From: Candidatus Poribacteria bacterium
GTDB taxonomy: Bacteria; Poribacteria; WGA-4E; PCPOR2b
DNA length: 64,000 nucleotides
Assembly: GCA_965215015.1 (NCBI GenBank)
Contig: OZ244042.1
Location: 1,536,001 to 1,600,000, forward strand
Direction: 5' to 3'
The translations under genes and the position numbers were made by a program. The first letter of the stretch is position 1. Each line of letters opens with the position of its first letter. Below are positions 50,092 through 60,044 of the stretch, in pieces. Below the pieces are notes generated by a model, which was given only the letters and a program-made list of their open reading frames with translations, was not told the DNA's origin and made no database searches.

Positions 50092-50602
50092 TTTCGGTCA
50101 CCGTCTTTCCAGATGATTCCGGTTGAGGTTCAAGCAGTTCTTGATCTTCGGTACGTAGCAGATCGGTAAAAAGAATCCCATTGAGGTGGTCAATTTCATG
50201 TTGCAATACCCGTGCCATTAGGTTGCTTGCATCAAACTCGATTTTGTTCCCAGCCGGCAGCAACCCCTCCACCTTCACAATCGCTGCCCGCCGAACCATC
50301 CCTCGCACCCCCGGCAAGCTCAGGCACCCTTCTTCACCTAGCTCTTCGCCGACGGTCAGTGTGATAACGGGATTAATCAACGCAATCCGTGGATATTCCG
50401 GGTGGTGTCTTTCAATGTCAACGACAATAATCCTTTTGGACACGCCAACCTGCGGTGCCGCCAGACCAATTCCTTGCGCTTCGTACATCGTCTCAAACAT
50501 ATTTTCGATGAGCGGATGTAGATCTGCGTTAATTTCTTGAATAGGGGCAGCCTTTTGGCGCAAGACAGGTGCGTCGTCAGTTTGGATCTCTAAAACAGCC
50601 AT
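50063..50602 (-). CDS. def: Peptide deformylase
   Basis: GIGLAAPQVG, EGCLS and QHEIDHLNG motifs. Confidence 0.95.
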   Translation of the reverse strand: MAVLEIQTDDAPVLRQKAAPIQEINADLHPLIENMFETMYEAQGIGLAAPQVGVSKRIIVVDIERHHPEYPRIALINPVITLTVGEELGEEGCLSLPGVRGMVRRAAIVKVEGLLPAGNKIEFDASNLMARVLQHEIDHLNGILFTDLLRTEDQELLEPQPESSGKTVTENEDSLHGNK

Positions 50603-50638
50603 AATGTAAGAGGTGATGCGTGAAATATGTATAGATTG

Positions 50639-50952
50639 TAGGAGTTATGCACTTGAGTTTGTGGGCGCGCGTTCATTGCACGTCTTTAAGGGCGTAGGCA
50701 TACGGCGTATGTCGTCACCCCCCCCGAATCCCCCTGCAAGCGGAGGGGCGGAGGGGGCCGGCACGCGGAGCGGGCCTACTACTGTCGGATTAATTGTAGT
50801 TGCCCGATTCATCGGGCGTCGTAAGTCGTATTGTCCGGTGATGAGTCACCCAAAGATACCACGACCATCGCGCCATAATCCTGGCTCAACTCCAGGACAG
50901 TCGCACGGCAATGTTTGGTGTTTCCTTTAAGTGCTCAACTACGTAAGTTCTA
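50639..50952. mobile_element. Family C composite element
   Basis: TAGGAGTTATGCACTTGAG ... CTCAACTACGTAAGTTCTA; shares internal hairpins with 36789-37197. Confidence 0.7.
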
Positions 50953-50985
50953 AATTGATTAAAGTCGATTTGGATCGCTAGCCCA

Positions 50986-51486
50986 TCAAAACAAAATGTG
51001 AACGAGCGGTAAGACAAATTGATCCGGTTCATCGGGGGCCCAATCATTCTGTCCGATATCTCGGATCGGCGGCCGCCGTGGAGGAGTTATACGTTGTGGC
51101 GAAGTAGGAATCAGCTCTTCCGAAGGATTTTTGTCATGCGTGTGCAGCCAATCCCACAAACCAATAAGGAAGGCTAACGATACCGCAGAGGCACCGATAA
51201 TCCTGAAATCTGTAGTGGAGAGCTCGGGTGCAAACTCATTTTGTCGAATCATTTGGATACCACGCACGCCTACATAGCTATGAATTGCTGTAAATGGTAG
51301 GGCAGTGAAGGTAATAATCTCAAAGCGACGCAATGCGCTTTCGTGGTAGACCTCTTCCTCTTGCTGACGAACGGGCGGCGTCTCCGCCTCCGAACCTTCC
51401 TGATATTGGGCCAAAACATTGGTCGTAATAATTGCGGTTAAAATCAGAACGACAAGTAATCTAATTTTCGATCTGTTTCGCTTCAT
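50986..51486 (-). CDS. Hypothetical membrane protein with signal peptide
   Basis: Overlaps the lspA stop; signal peptide and two hydrophobic segments. Confidence 0.65.
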   Translation of the reverse strand: MKRNRSKIRLLVVLILTAIITTNVLAQYQEGSEAETPPVRQQEEEVYHESALRRFEIITFTALPFTAIHSYVGVRGIQMIRQNEFAPELSTTDFRIIGASAVSLAFLIGLWDWLHTHDKNPSEELIPTSPQRITPPRRPPIRDIGQNDWAPDEPDQFVLPLVHILF

Positions 51487-51961
51487 CGTAATCTCCTCGA
51501 TGATGAAATAGGTAAATCATCAACAGGCCAGCACCGATACAGACAGCGGTATCGGCAATATTGAAAGTGGGCCACCAGAGGCCGGGCAGTCGAAATTGGA
51601 TAAAATCTGTGACCTCCCCAAGGCGAATACGGTCAATAAAGTTACCGAGGGCACCCCCAAGCAGGAAGCTGAGTGCGACCTTCATCCATGTGCTTTCGTG
51701 GAATTGCCTGTAATAGTAGGCAATGAACCCCATTGCAACAATCGAGATGAGGACTAGCGGCACGCTGTGCCCCGTCATCAGTCCAAATGCGGCACCGTCA
51801 TTCGTGTCATGGCGGAGGTTGAATATGCCCTGAATGATTACACGTTGACCATGATATGGGATATGTTGTTGAACCAACCACTTGGTGAATTGATCCACCA
51901 ATAATACAGGCAAAGCAATACCGACTAGAGGTAAAATTAATTTTAGTAGTTTTCTCTGCAT
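51461..51961 (-). CDS. lspA: Lipoprotein signal peptidase II
   Basis: DQFTK, NDGAAFG, GGALGNFIDR, VTDF and FNIAD motifs. Confidence 0.95.
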   Translation of the reverse strand: MQRKLLKLILPLVGIALPVLLVDQFTKWLVQQHIPYHGQRVIIQGIFNLRHDTNDGAAFGLMTGHSVPLVLISIVAMGFIAYYYRQFHESTWMKVALSFLLGGALGNFIDRIRLGEVTDFIQFRLPGLWWPTFNIADTAVCIGAGLLMIYLFHHRGDYDEAKQIEN

Positions 51962-51984
51962 TGGAAATGTCCTTGTATATTATG

Positions 51985-52450
51985 ATAACCTAAGTTGCTA
52001 GTTGATAAACCCGCTCGGCTTGGATAGACATATCTAAGCCATAAATACCCGGACTAAGCGCAATGTCCCGGGCCGATTGAGCCATGATTATCGCCCTATA
52101 ATGTCTGGTATTCTGTCGCGCAATGTGCTAGATATCTCGTGCAGTGGATTTGTCAAGCCTATGCGAGTTGCCTAATCCAATACCTGTAGGTCAAGACTCA
52201 TATCTCGACACAAGCCCGTTGATTTTAGAAAATTGACAGACAGAAGTCTGCAACCGTCTCAAATGGCTCTGAATCCCAATTTTATCGGGGAGGAGCGCGT
52301 AGATAGTAGCACAGGGCCTGCTCTTGATGAAATCGGGGTTTCCTAACCTACCAGCTACAGGTTGGAAACCTGTGCTACGATTGGATTGTAATTGTCAGGT
52401 GGTAACTTGAGTGGAGATTCCATGGATATCCAACTAGCAACTTGCGTTAT
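51985..52450. mobile_element. Family D composite element enclosing a family B repeat
   Basis: Inverted ends ATAACCTAAGTTGCTAGTTG ... CAACTAGCAACTTGCGTTAT. Confidence 0.7.
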
Positions 52451-52507
52451 GATAATAGACAGTGCTCAGTCAAAATTCGCCGCCGTTTTATTTCCATATT
52501 TCAAAAT

Positions 52508-54922
52508 TTACTCGTAACTCGTTACCTTTTGACCTATCCATTCCTCTAGCGATTGTGTCCAGTGTCCGTCCGCATCAGTCAGGTGAGAAAAGCGAACATG
52601 GGACATCCAATTTTTCAAAAAAATGCTCGACAACTCCGATTCATCGTGATGTTGGGTGTAATCCGGAGGTGAAGTAGGAGTTTCTTGCATTCGGATTAAG
52701 GCGTAGGTTTGTTCGGAAAAAAAAGGAATGATTGGCGCAAACCGTTGTATCAAGACATATAAAATCGCTGATAGTACTGTTTGGCGCGCCCTCTTTTCTA
52801 GCCCTGTTTCCAACGCATTGCAGTGGTCATCGAAGAATGGTTGAAGATTTGATTGGCAAAAGTTCCTTAGCAGATACCACACCTGATAAAAATCGCGGTC
52901 CTGATAGGCGAGGTCTACGGATTGCAACACTTTGGCGGTAGCGGACAATATCTGTGTATCCGATTTTGATATTGGCTCCAGAAGAGAGGCATGGGGGTCA
53001 AAATCCTCAAGATAACTCAATATCGTGGAGTACAGTTTTTGGATGGCGTTATATTCATGTTGACACTGTTGCAGGTGCATCTCCATTGATGACGGATTCA
53101 GATTGGGTTGCAGGCAGAGCAAGCGCAGTACATCCTTTGGATATTCCTCCATCCAGCTTTGGTTGACATCAACGGACTGGACATTTGAATAATCTCCTGT
53201 CAACTCCACATTCAACGGGGGCGCATCGGAGATAGCAATCGAAGTTAAAACAAACTGAGCAAACCATCTATGAAATTGATTCGAGTAAAAGAAGTAAACA
53301 TTAATCGGCTGAACATTATTTCCTTTGACTTCGAGATTGTTGATCGCGTTGAGCAGAACCGCAAAGCGTCCATCGAGGGTTGTAAATTCTTTCCGAAACT
53401 CTTTTCCATCACAGTTATGGCATAAGGTATTCGGAGGTAACAAATCTTCAGTATCTAACTTAAACCAGCTATCGGCTCCGCGACGACCGATTAAAGCACG
53501 AATGGCTTTGACAATTCGACCGTCGGAAAGCTCTCCCCCACATTTTTGGCACTGAAAAATAGGAATCGGAGTCCCCCAACCTCGGTGGCATGAAACAGAT
53601 GGAGGCGGAAGCTCTCGGACCGTTTGCTGTATCCAATCTCTATCTTTAGAGCTATAGTGTGTCAAACGTTCATCTGAACAAATGACACGCTTCCTCAATT
53701 GATTGTTGTCCAAGGAGAAAATCCATTGTTGAATAGGCCGAAACAAGGCAAGTGTATCACACATCCAACAGTGGGGTTGGTGCACATCCTCAGATCCTGC
53801 TGATATTAGATAGCCCCGTTTCTCTAGTTCAAAGGCAATGAACTTCCCCGCGTCGGAAACTTCAAGTCCACAAAACTGCTCGGAATCCTCTGTTAAACGG
53901 CCCGCATCATCAATAACTGATGTAATTGGAAATTGCAGGACTTGAGCGATTTGATAATCATAAGAACGGTGACCTGGGGTAAGAGGCCTTACCCCGGGCG
54001 GTGGTTGAGACATCATCTCCTCGCTCAATGCACTATCATGTTGAGAAAGATCCGGGATAACGACTACCGGTAGGGCTGTGCCTAGAAATGGATGGGCACA
54101 AATACAATCCGTCAGTACCTCAGCTGAACAGGTTTGTAATAGATTTAAGCTTGCCTGATGGTCTGGCGGAAAGCGAGTCGAGAGATCTTCGTCAGCAAGC
54201 AGGAGGATTTCACCACCTAACTCAGCAATCCAATATTTACTATCTGCCTGTAACCCAATGGCAACACTTCCAGCAAGATACCATAGATCTTGAAGCCATG
54301 CGAGCAGGTAAACGTCCTCGCCAAACTCTTCTAAGCCGATGCTGATGGGAAATTTGACGTATCCCGAATATGCCGGAGAGGGGTGAATTTTCATCTCATC
54401 CGCATCTAATACGGTATTACATTTCGGACACCAAGCCCCCAATTTTTGATCTTTATTTAAATAACCCGACTCTTGCAATGTACTAAAAGCATTGATAATC
54501 TTCGCTTCATCGCGTGAATCTAGACTTTTGCCTTTTTTCCAATCTCCAAAGATTCCAAGTGCCTGTAGTTGATTTTGCTGTTGTTCAACCTCGCGCTGGA
54601 ACTCACGTCGACACTGGCGGCGAAATCGGAGCGCATCAAAGGTGCCATCTTTATACTCACGATTCAAAGCCTTTGTTTCAACATCAGAAGTATAATAATT
54701 CCAATGCGGCACATACTTCACACCTAGTCCCTGCATCATGTTGACTTTAAGAAAAATGTCCTGATAGATTTTTCCTTTAAGCATATCCAACTTCAGGTGA
54801 TGGGTAGCTGTAGGCATTTCTCGAAGGATGTAGGGTGCCGATTCCGCCCGTTGAGTCAGTCGGGCATAGATATCAATATCAGCCCATAGTTCCAAGATTT
54901 TTTCTTCAGTCCTCATTTTCAA
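52508..54922 (-). CDS. Isoleucyl-tRNA synthetase-like protein with degenerate catalytic motifs
   Basis: Co-linear with IleRS (LGIFGDW, WCPKC.T.L, YVKFP, HPF, HCW.C, RGWGTPIP.F.C..C, APIIPFFSE), but HIGH and KMSKS are absent; lies upstream of lspA. Confidence 0.85.
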   Translation of the reverse strand: MKMRTEEKILELWADIDIYARLTQRAESAPYILREMPTATHHLKLDMLKGKIYQDIFLKVNMMQGLGVKYVPHWNYYTSDVETKALNREYKDGTFDALRFRRQCRREFQREVEQQQNQLQALGIFGDWKKGKSLDSRDEAKIINAFSTLQESGYLNKDQKLGAWCPKCNTVLDADEMKIHPSPAYSGYVKFPISIGLEEFGEDVYLLAWLQDLWYLAGSVAIGLQADSKYWIAELGGEILLLADEDLSTRFPPDHQASLNLLQTCSAEVLTDCICAHPFLGTALPVVVIPDLSQHDSALSEEMMSQPPPGVRPLTPGHRSYDYQIAQVLQFPITSVIDDAGRLTEDSEQFCGLEVSDAGKFIAFELEKRGYLISAGSEDVHQPHCWMCDTLALFRPIQQWIFSLDNNQLRKRVICSDERLTHYSSKDRDWIQQTVRELPPPSVSCHRGWGTPIPIFQCQKCGGELSDGRIVKAIRALIGRRGADSWFKLDTEDLLPPNTLCHNCDGKEFRKEFTTLDGRFAVLLNAINNLEVKGNNVQPINVYFFYSNQFHRWFAQFVLTSIAISDAPPLNVELTGDYSNVQSVDVNQSWMEEYPKDVLRLLCLQPNLNPSSMEMHLQQCQHEYNAIQKLYSTILSYLEDFDPHASLLEPISKSDTQILSATAKVLQSVDLAYQDRDFYQVWYLLRNFCQSNLQPFFDDHCNALETGLEKRARQTVLSAILYVLIQRFAPIIPFFSEQTYALIRMQETPTSPPDYTQHHDESELSSIFLKNWMSHVRFSHLTDADGHWTQSLEEWIGQKVTSYE

Positions 54923-54984
54923 TCACCGTTAGGGCGCAGCCATAATCTCAAGGATTCGAGAGCTCTGAATAGATGGACGCTTAC

Positions 54985-55257
54985 TTAAAAGGTTGCCCTA
55001 AGCATACTTTGCAGTATTCTTAAAAAGATTAATAAAATTAGTGGTGAAATGTCAATTCCCAAGCCCCCCGTCATGGGCCTAAGTGCTCGGCGAATTGGAT
55101 CTAGTGCTGGATCAACAAGTCGATTGGTCATCCAATAAAGTTGTCTTACCGCCATATTACCAGAGAGGTTCACAACCCAAGATAATATAACATTAGCAAA
55201 GACAATGATTGAGTAAATCCCAATCACTTCGGTTACGAGAGGTATCAACACTTCCAT
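54985..55257 (-). CDS. yggT: YggT family membrane protein
   Basis: ILSWV, LVDPALDPIRR and IDISPLI motifs. Confidence 0.85.
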   Translation of the reverse strand: MEVLIPLVTEVIGIYSIIVFANVILSWVVNLSGNMAVRQLYWMTNRLVDPALDPIRRALRPMTGGLGIDISPLILLIFLRILQSMLRATF

Positions 55258-55281
55258 AGTCGAGATCCCTTCCAATCTCAC

Positions 55282-56097
55282 TCAATTTGCAAGTTCTTCA
55301 GCACGTTGTGTCGCGGCACTTACGGCATCAGCGATAATCGCGCGTAGGCGTCCACTTTCCAACGCATATAGTCCCGCTGCTGTTGTTCCCCCCGGTGTCG
55401 TCACTCGGTTTTTGAGCACCGCCGGATGTTCGTCTGTATCCTCAAGCATTTTGCACGCTCCGAGCACAGTTTGTAGAGCCAGTTGATATGCGTCGGGACG
55501 GATCAGTCCGACCTGTACCCCCGCATCGGTAAAGGCTTCAATGAATAGGAACACAAAAGCGGGGCCGCTACCGCTTAAACCGGTAACGGCGTTCAGATGT
55601 CTCTCCTCCATAACTAGCGACTTACCCGCAGCGTTGAAAATTGCTTGCGTTATAGCGAGGTGCTCAGCTGTGGCTGCACTTCCCGCCGCTATCGCGGAGA
55701 TTGCTTCTCCTACAGATGCTGCAATGTTTGGCATCACACGGACAATTGGCGGTGGCGGAGAGGTGAAGTAAGATTCTAATTGGGCTGTCGAGACACCAGC
55801 TGCAATGGAGATAATCCACTGGGACCGAGATTGGAGGGTAGCAGCAATCTCTGGGAAGATATCTGGCACGTTATTCGGCTTGGCTGCATATAGCATAAAG
55901 TCCACATTTTCTACCAGTTGCGGGATGTTTTCTGCACTGTTGACTCTTAACTCCTCGCACAGTTGGTCAACAAGAGGGCGATAGACATCTGTTATCCAAA
56001 CCTGTTCAGGCGGCAATAAATCATGCACAACGCTTTTGACAATCGCCCCTCCCATATTGCCAACGGCGATAAAACCGACTCGAAGTGTTGTATCCAA
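55282..56097 (-). CDS. proC: Pyrroline-5-carboxylate reductase
   Basis: GNMG, ISIAAGV, RVMPN, TGLSGSGPA and VTTPGGTT motifs; TTG start after GGAGGAG. Confidence 0.9.
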   Translation of the reverse strand: MDTTLRVGFIAVGNMGGAIVKSVVHDLLPPEQVWITDVYRPLVDQLCEELRVNSAENIPQLVENVDFMLYAAKPNNVPDIFPEIAATLQSRSQWIISIAAGVSTAQLESYFTSPPPPIVRVMPNIAASVGEAISAIAAGSAATAEHLAITQAIFNAAGKSLVMEERHLNAVTGLSGSGPAFVFLFIEAFTDAGVQVGLIRPDAYQLALQTVLGACKMLEDTDEHPAVLKNRVTTPGGTTAAGLYALESGRLRAIIADAVSAATQRAEELAN

Positions 56098-56101
56098 AGT
56101 G

Positions 56102-56821
56102 CTATGCTCCTCCCAATCTGATCGGGACCTTTTCTGCTCGCTCTCCAAAGATTGCTGTGCCAACCCTAATGAGATTTGCACCTTCCTCAATGGCAACCTC
56201 AAAATCATTGGTCATTCCCATTGACAGGTTATCCATCTCAACGTTCGGAAACTGCTGGGCGATGATCTTCTCTCGGAGTTGCCGCAGCAATACAAACATC
56301 GGACGCACCGCTTCCGGGTCTGGCAGAAAGGCCCCGATTGTCATCAGTCCTTTGATTCGGACATGGGTGTAAGGGTGTGCACTTTCAATGAAGTTTAGCG
56401 TCTGATCCGGTTCCAGACCGTATTTGCTGGGTTCAGCGGAGGTGTTGACTTGAATCAGTACCTCTGTCGCGCGATTCAACCCAGCAGAGCGTCGATCGAT
56501 TTCAGCAAGGAGGCGAGGACTATCCACGGAGTGGATGAGATCAAAAATCTGTAAGGCTTGTTTCACTTTGTTCCGTTGCAAATGGCCAACTAGATGCCAC
56601 TTCACAGGATGGTCAATCTGGGGGTATTTACCTTGTGCCTCTTGGACGCGATTTTCACCGATGTCTGTAATTCCTGCGTCAATTGCCTCTACAATTAGGC
56701 TGACAGGCTTGGTTTTAGATACAGCAACGAGCCCTATTGAAGCTGGGTCGCGTCCAGCACGTGCGGCAGCCGCAGCAATCCGATCTTGAATCCGTGCAAG
56801 ATTTTCGCGAATAGAAGCCAT
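56102..56821 (-). CDS. yggS: PLP homeostasis protein YggS
   Basis: LVAVSKT, GENRVQE, GHLQRNK, LSMGMTNDF and RVGTAIFG motifs. Confidence 0.95.
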   Translation of the reverse strand: MASIRENLARIQDRIAAAAARAGRDPASIGLVAVSKTKPVSLIVEAIDAGITDIGENRVQEAQGKYPQIDHPVKWHLVGHLQRNKVKQALQIFDLIHSVDSPRLLAEIDRRSAGLNRATEVLIQVNTSAEPSKYGLEPDQTLNFIESAHPYTHVRIKGLMTIGAFLPDPEAVRPMFVLLRQLREKIIAQQFPNVEMDNLSMGMTNDFEVAIEEGANLIRVGTAIFGERAEKVPIRLGGA

Positions 56822-56922
56822 TGTCTTCCTCCCACAAAAGCAAATTAACAGAGATGTGCGAAACCAGTAAATAATAGCATATTTCAAGAAGCAATTGCAA
56901 GCGCAACCTGTCGGTCAGTGTT

Positions 56923-57852
56923 TCAACTTCCGACCTTCCAGAGACTTGCTGAGTCATAGGCTTCCCCACGCTTAGGCAGAAACTGGCGCAGATGTCGCCC
57001 ACCCAATGCAAATCCGGCAAGTCCCGGCATCCCCCGATCTTCATTCTCAACACAGAGAACATAATCATATCCCGACTCAAGCAGTGCCCCGATGATTGTT
57101 CCCCAATTCAACTGTCCGCGTCCGGGAACACGATACTGCCACCACCAGTTCCCGATGATTCCTTGACGGAAGCGCATCTGTGGACTGACTTCGCAATCCT
57201 TCACATCAGCATAGTACCACTTGCCAGAAAACATGCGGATAGCATCCTCTGCTGGTAAAATTCCCATCCAGAGCCAGTGGGACGGATCACAAGATAAACC
57301 CAAGTTATCGGAAGGAGTTGCGTCGAGAATGCGTTCCCACATCTCCGGATTACAGGCGATGTTACCCATTCGTACCGCACAATCGAGCGCAATCTTCACG
57401 CCTTTCTCCTCCGCAAAACGGATGACCGGCGTCCACATCTCCCTGAACCTGTCCACTAGTTCAACTGATCGATCGCCCGGGTTTCCGGGGTCCGAGGAAA
57501 ATTGTCCATAAAAATGCCAACTGACTGGGCTGCCTGCGTAGGTCACGAGGACTGGTGCACCGAGGAGGCTTGTTGCTTCGATAGCCCGTTTGAGATTTTC
57601 GCGAGCGGTTTCGCGCGCTTCGGGATCGTCGTCCAGCAGATTGTTGTGGGCACTTAATGCGGCGAGATAGGTATTGTGCATCTGCAAGGTTTCATTGATC
57701 TCATCGCCCCCTGTTCGTAGGATATGCTCGGGATCAAATGTCCCACTGGCGTTAGGACGAATTGCATCGAAACCGTTTTCCTGTGCCCAGTTGGCACACT
57801 CTTCGAGGCTCCATGCCCCTCCGCCTGCACCCGTACTAAAACTGATGTCCAT
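56923..57852 (-). CDS. Sugar phosphate isomerase/epimerase (xylose-isomerase-like TIM barrel)
   Basis: DPSHWLW, VKD, RVPGRGQLNW and CVENED motifs. Confidence 0.8.
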   Translation of the reverse strand: MDISFSTGAGGGAWSLEECANWAQENGFDAIRPNASGTFDPEHILRTGGDEINETLQMHNTYLAALSAHNNLLDDDPEARETARENLKRAIEATSLLGAPVLVTYAGSPVSWHFYGQFSSDPGNPGDRSVELVDRFREMWTPVIRFAEEKGVKIALDCAVRMGNIACNPEMWERILDATPSDNLGLSCDPSHWLWMGILPAEDAIRMFSGKWYYADVKDCEVSPQMRFRQGIIGNWWWQYRVPGRGQLNWGTIIGALLESGYDYVLCVENEDRGMPGLAGFALGGRHLRQFLPKRGEAYDSASLWKVGS

Positions 57853-58034
57853 AATTCCTCCTCTTTCCGTGAAGGCTTTAGGTTTAGGATGCCACATCAC
57901 GCCCCTGATTAATTGGCATCCAAAGCAATCGTTTGTGTGGGGTACTGAACTACGAGTAGTTTTCTCGATTCATTGTGCATCAATCCAATGTGACACACAT
58001 GTTACCCCGCTAGGACTTTAAGTGGCAACTTGAG

Positions 58035-58886
58035 TTACCATACCATATCCACAACAGATAACGCCATGAGTACCAAACTCACCATGCCATTGAGTGTGAA
58101 GAAGGCAAGATTGACCCGGGACAGATCGTTCGGCTTGACGATGGCGTGCTCATAAATCAAAATGATGATAACGACTCCAACGCCGACTAGATAGACAATG
58201 CCAAGATCTGTTACAAGTGTAATGCCGATTAGTAAGGCAACCATTACTACATGGAGCACTGACGAAATCCATAATGCCGGTTTGATTCCGAATCTCGCAG
58301 GAATCGAATGTAGTCGATGGGTGCGATCAAAATCGAAATCTTGACAAGCGTAGATAATGTCAAACCCCGCTGTCCAAAGCAGCACCGCTAATCCGAGCAG
58401 CATGGGTGTCCAATCAAACTGACCTTTGATGGCAATCCACGCGCCGATCGGCGCAATTGCGAGGGAGGTTCCGAGCCACAGGTGGGAAAGGGAGGTAAAG
58501 TGCTTGGTGTAGGAGTATCCCATAATTACTACAAGTGCAACAGGTGAAAGTGCAAAGGCAAGTGGGTTGAGGTTATATGCAGCGAATACAAGCAGTGCAG
58601 CAGAGACAAGTGTAAACCCCCGCACTGTTCCCTTTGCAATTAATCCGGCAGGAATGGCTCGCATCTCTGTGCGTGGATTCGCTTTATCGATTTCGGCATC
58701 CGCAAGGCGATTGAACGCCATGGCGCAACTTCGCGCACCGACCATGGCGACGAGTATCCAACCGAGCTTGTCTAACGCTGGAAAGCCGTCCGAGGCGATG
58801 AATGCGCTCATAATTGCAAAAGGCAGCATAAAGACTGTGTGCTCAAATTTAATCATATCTAGGATAATTTTAATTTTTCGGAAAAT
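58035..58886 (-). CDS. UbiA-family polyprenyltransferase (MqnP-like); start is either ATT 58886 or ATG 58856
   Basis: MIKFEHT, AMAFNRLADAEIDKANPRT and AGFDIIYACQD motifs. Confidence 0.85.
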   Translation of the reverse strand: MFRKIKIILDMIKFEHTVFMLPFAIMSAFIASDGFPALDKLGWILVAMVGARSCAMAFNRLADAEIDKANPRTEMRAIPAGLIAKGTVRGFTLVSAALLVFAAYNLNPLAFALSPVALVVIMGYSYTKHFTSLSHLWLGTSLAIAPIGAWIAIKGQFDWTPMLLGLAVLLWTAGFDIIYACQDFDFDRTHRLHSIPARFGIKPALWISSVLHVVMVALLIGITLVTDLGIVYLVGVGVVIIILIYEHAIVKPNDLSRVNLAFFTLNGMVSLVLMALSVVDMVW

Positions 58887-58975
58887 TGTGGCTCACCTCC
58901 CTTTCAACAACAAAATCTGGTGCTGTCAGTATAGTGTATCATCTTTCAATTGTCAATCCATTTTTCGTCTGCGGA

Positions 58976-60025
58976 TTAGGCCATAGAAAAGACAACCCCT
59001 AACGCCTCATTCGGGGTTTGGATGAGTTTCTCGCACGCATCGGCGGCCTGATCGATTGGAACGATATCGGTAATCAACGGCTTTACCTTTAGCTTGCCTT
59101 CAGACATGAACCGAAGCACCAATGCCAGATTCCGTTGTGTGTGCCAATGGACGAAAACCGGTGGGTAATTTGCACCATGTTCATAGGCTTCGTCATGATA
59201 GCCGGGCCCCGTCCGGGCTGCGCTGATTACATCCACATTTCCAATGGCGGCGGCAAAGCGATGCGTAATGTTTGCACCACCGACAATAACGATGCGTCCC
59301 ATCTTATGTGTGTCAGGTGTTATCTTGAGCATATTGCGGATCTGGCGAAACGCTTCCGTGCCATCGCCGCCGAATGCAATAATTCCGCAGTCCATCCCAT
59401 GTCCGTTTGTGAATTTTTCTGCAATTGGCACCGGGTCATTATCAGTCAATTGAATTGGCAAATCTATACCAGCATCCTGTGCAATCTTCACGCGCTGGGG
59501 GAAGCGATCTAGCCCCATGGCATACGCACCGGCAATCTGTGCAATTTGACAGGAAAGCTGTCCCACCAAACCAAGGCCCGTTACGACAACATTTTCGCCA
59601 ATTGCGATGCGTCCGCGTTGTACGGCGTGTAAGGCTGTCGCAGCAAGGTGATTCGACGCCGCTTCCGCATCACTCACATTCTCAGGAATCTTTGCACAAA
59701 GATTGTGTGGTATACAGGCGTGCGTTGCGTGCAGTGCGTACCCGCCCCCCATACCCGACACGCGGTCGCCAATTGAGAACTCGCCGCAATCCCCTTTGGT
59801 CCCAATAACGACACCAGCGTTGCTATAACCGAAGGGACGCGCGATTGGATTCGGTGTTGGAGTTGCGCGTCTGTCCTTAACCCCGCCGAGTCCGGAACCA
59901 GGGCTTACCATCGAAGCACCGACCTCAACCAGCAACTGTCCGGACTTGAGTTCAGGGATGGGTTGTTCCTCCGTCCAGATTTTTCCGTTACTATCCATCA
60001 CAACAACTTTTCTTGTTTCGCTCAT
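58976..60025 (-). CDS. MDR-superfamily (zinc-binding ADH-like) oxidoreductase
   Basis: VSPGS, GYSNAG.V and VVVTGLGLVGQL motifs. Confidence 0.8.
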   Translation of the reverse strand: MSETRKVVVMDSNGKIWTEEQPIPELKSGQLLVEVGASMVSPGSGLGGVKDRRATPTPNPIARPFGYSNAGVVIGTKGDCGEFSIGDRVSGMGGGYALHATHACIPHNLCAKIPENVSDAEAASNHLAATALHAVQRGRIAIGENVVVTGLGLVGQLSCQIAQIAGAYAMGLDRFPQRVKIAQDAGIDLPIQLTDNDPVPIAEKFTNGHGMDCGIIAFGGDGTEAFRQIRNMLKITPDTHKMGRIVIVGGANITHRFAAAIGNVDVISAARTGPGYHDEAYEHGANYPPVFVHWHTQRNLALVLRFMSEGKLKVKPLITDIVPIDQAADACEKLIQTPNEALGVVFSMA

Positions 60026-60044
60026 GATATATTCCTTTTCCACG

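Noticed and set aside
55282-56208. Long N-terminal extensions in the ORF track (proC, yggS, mtnD, MNT, MDR, rsmD)
   Set aside because: They overlap upstream genes; downstream starts with SD sequences or family-typical N-termini fit better
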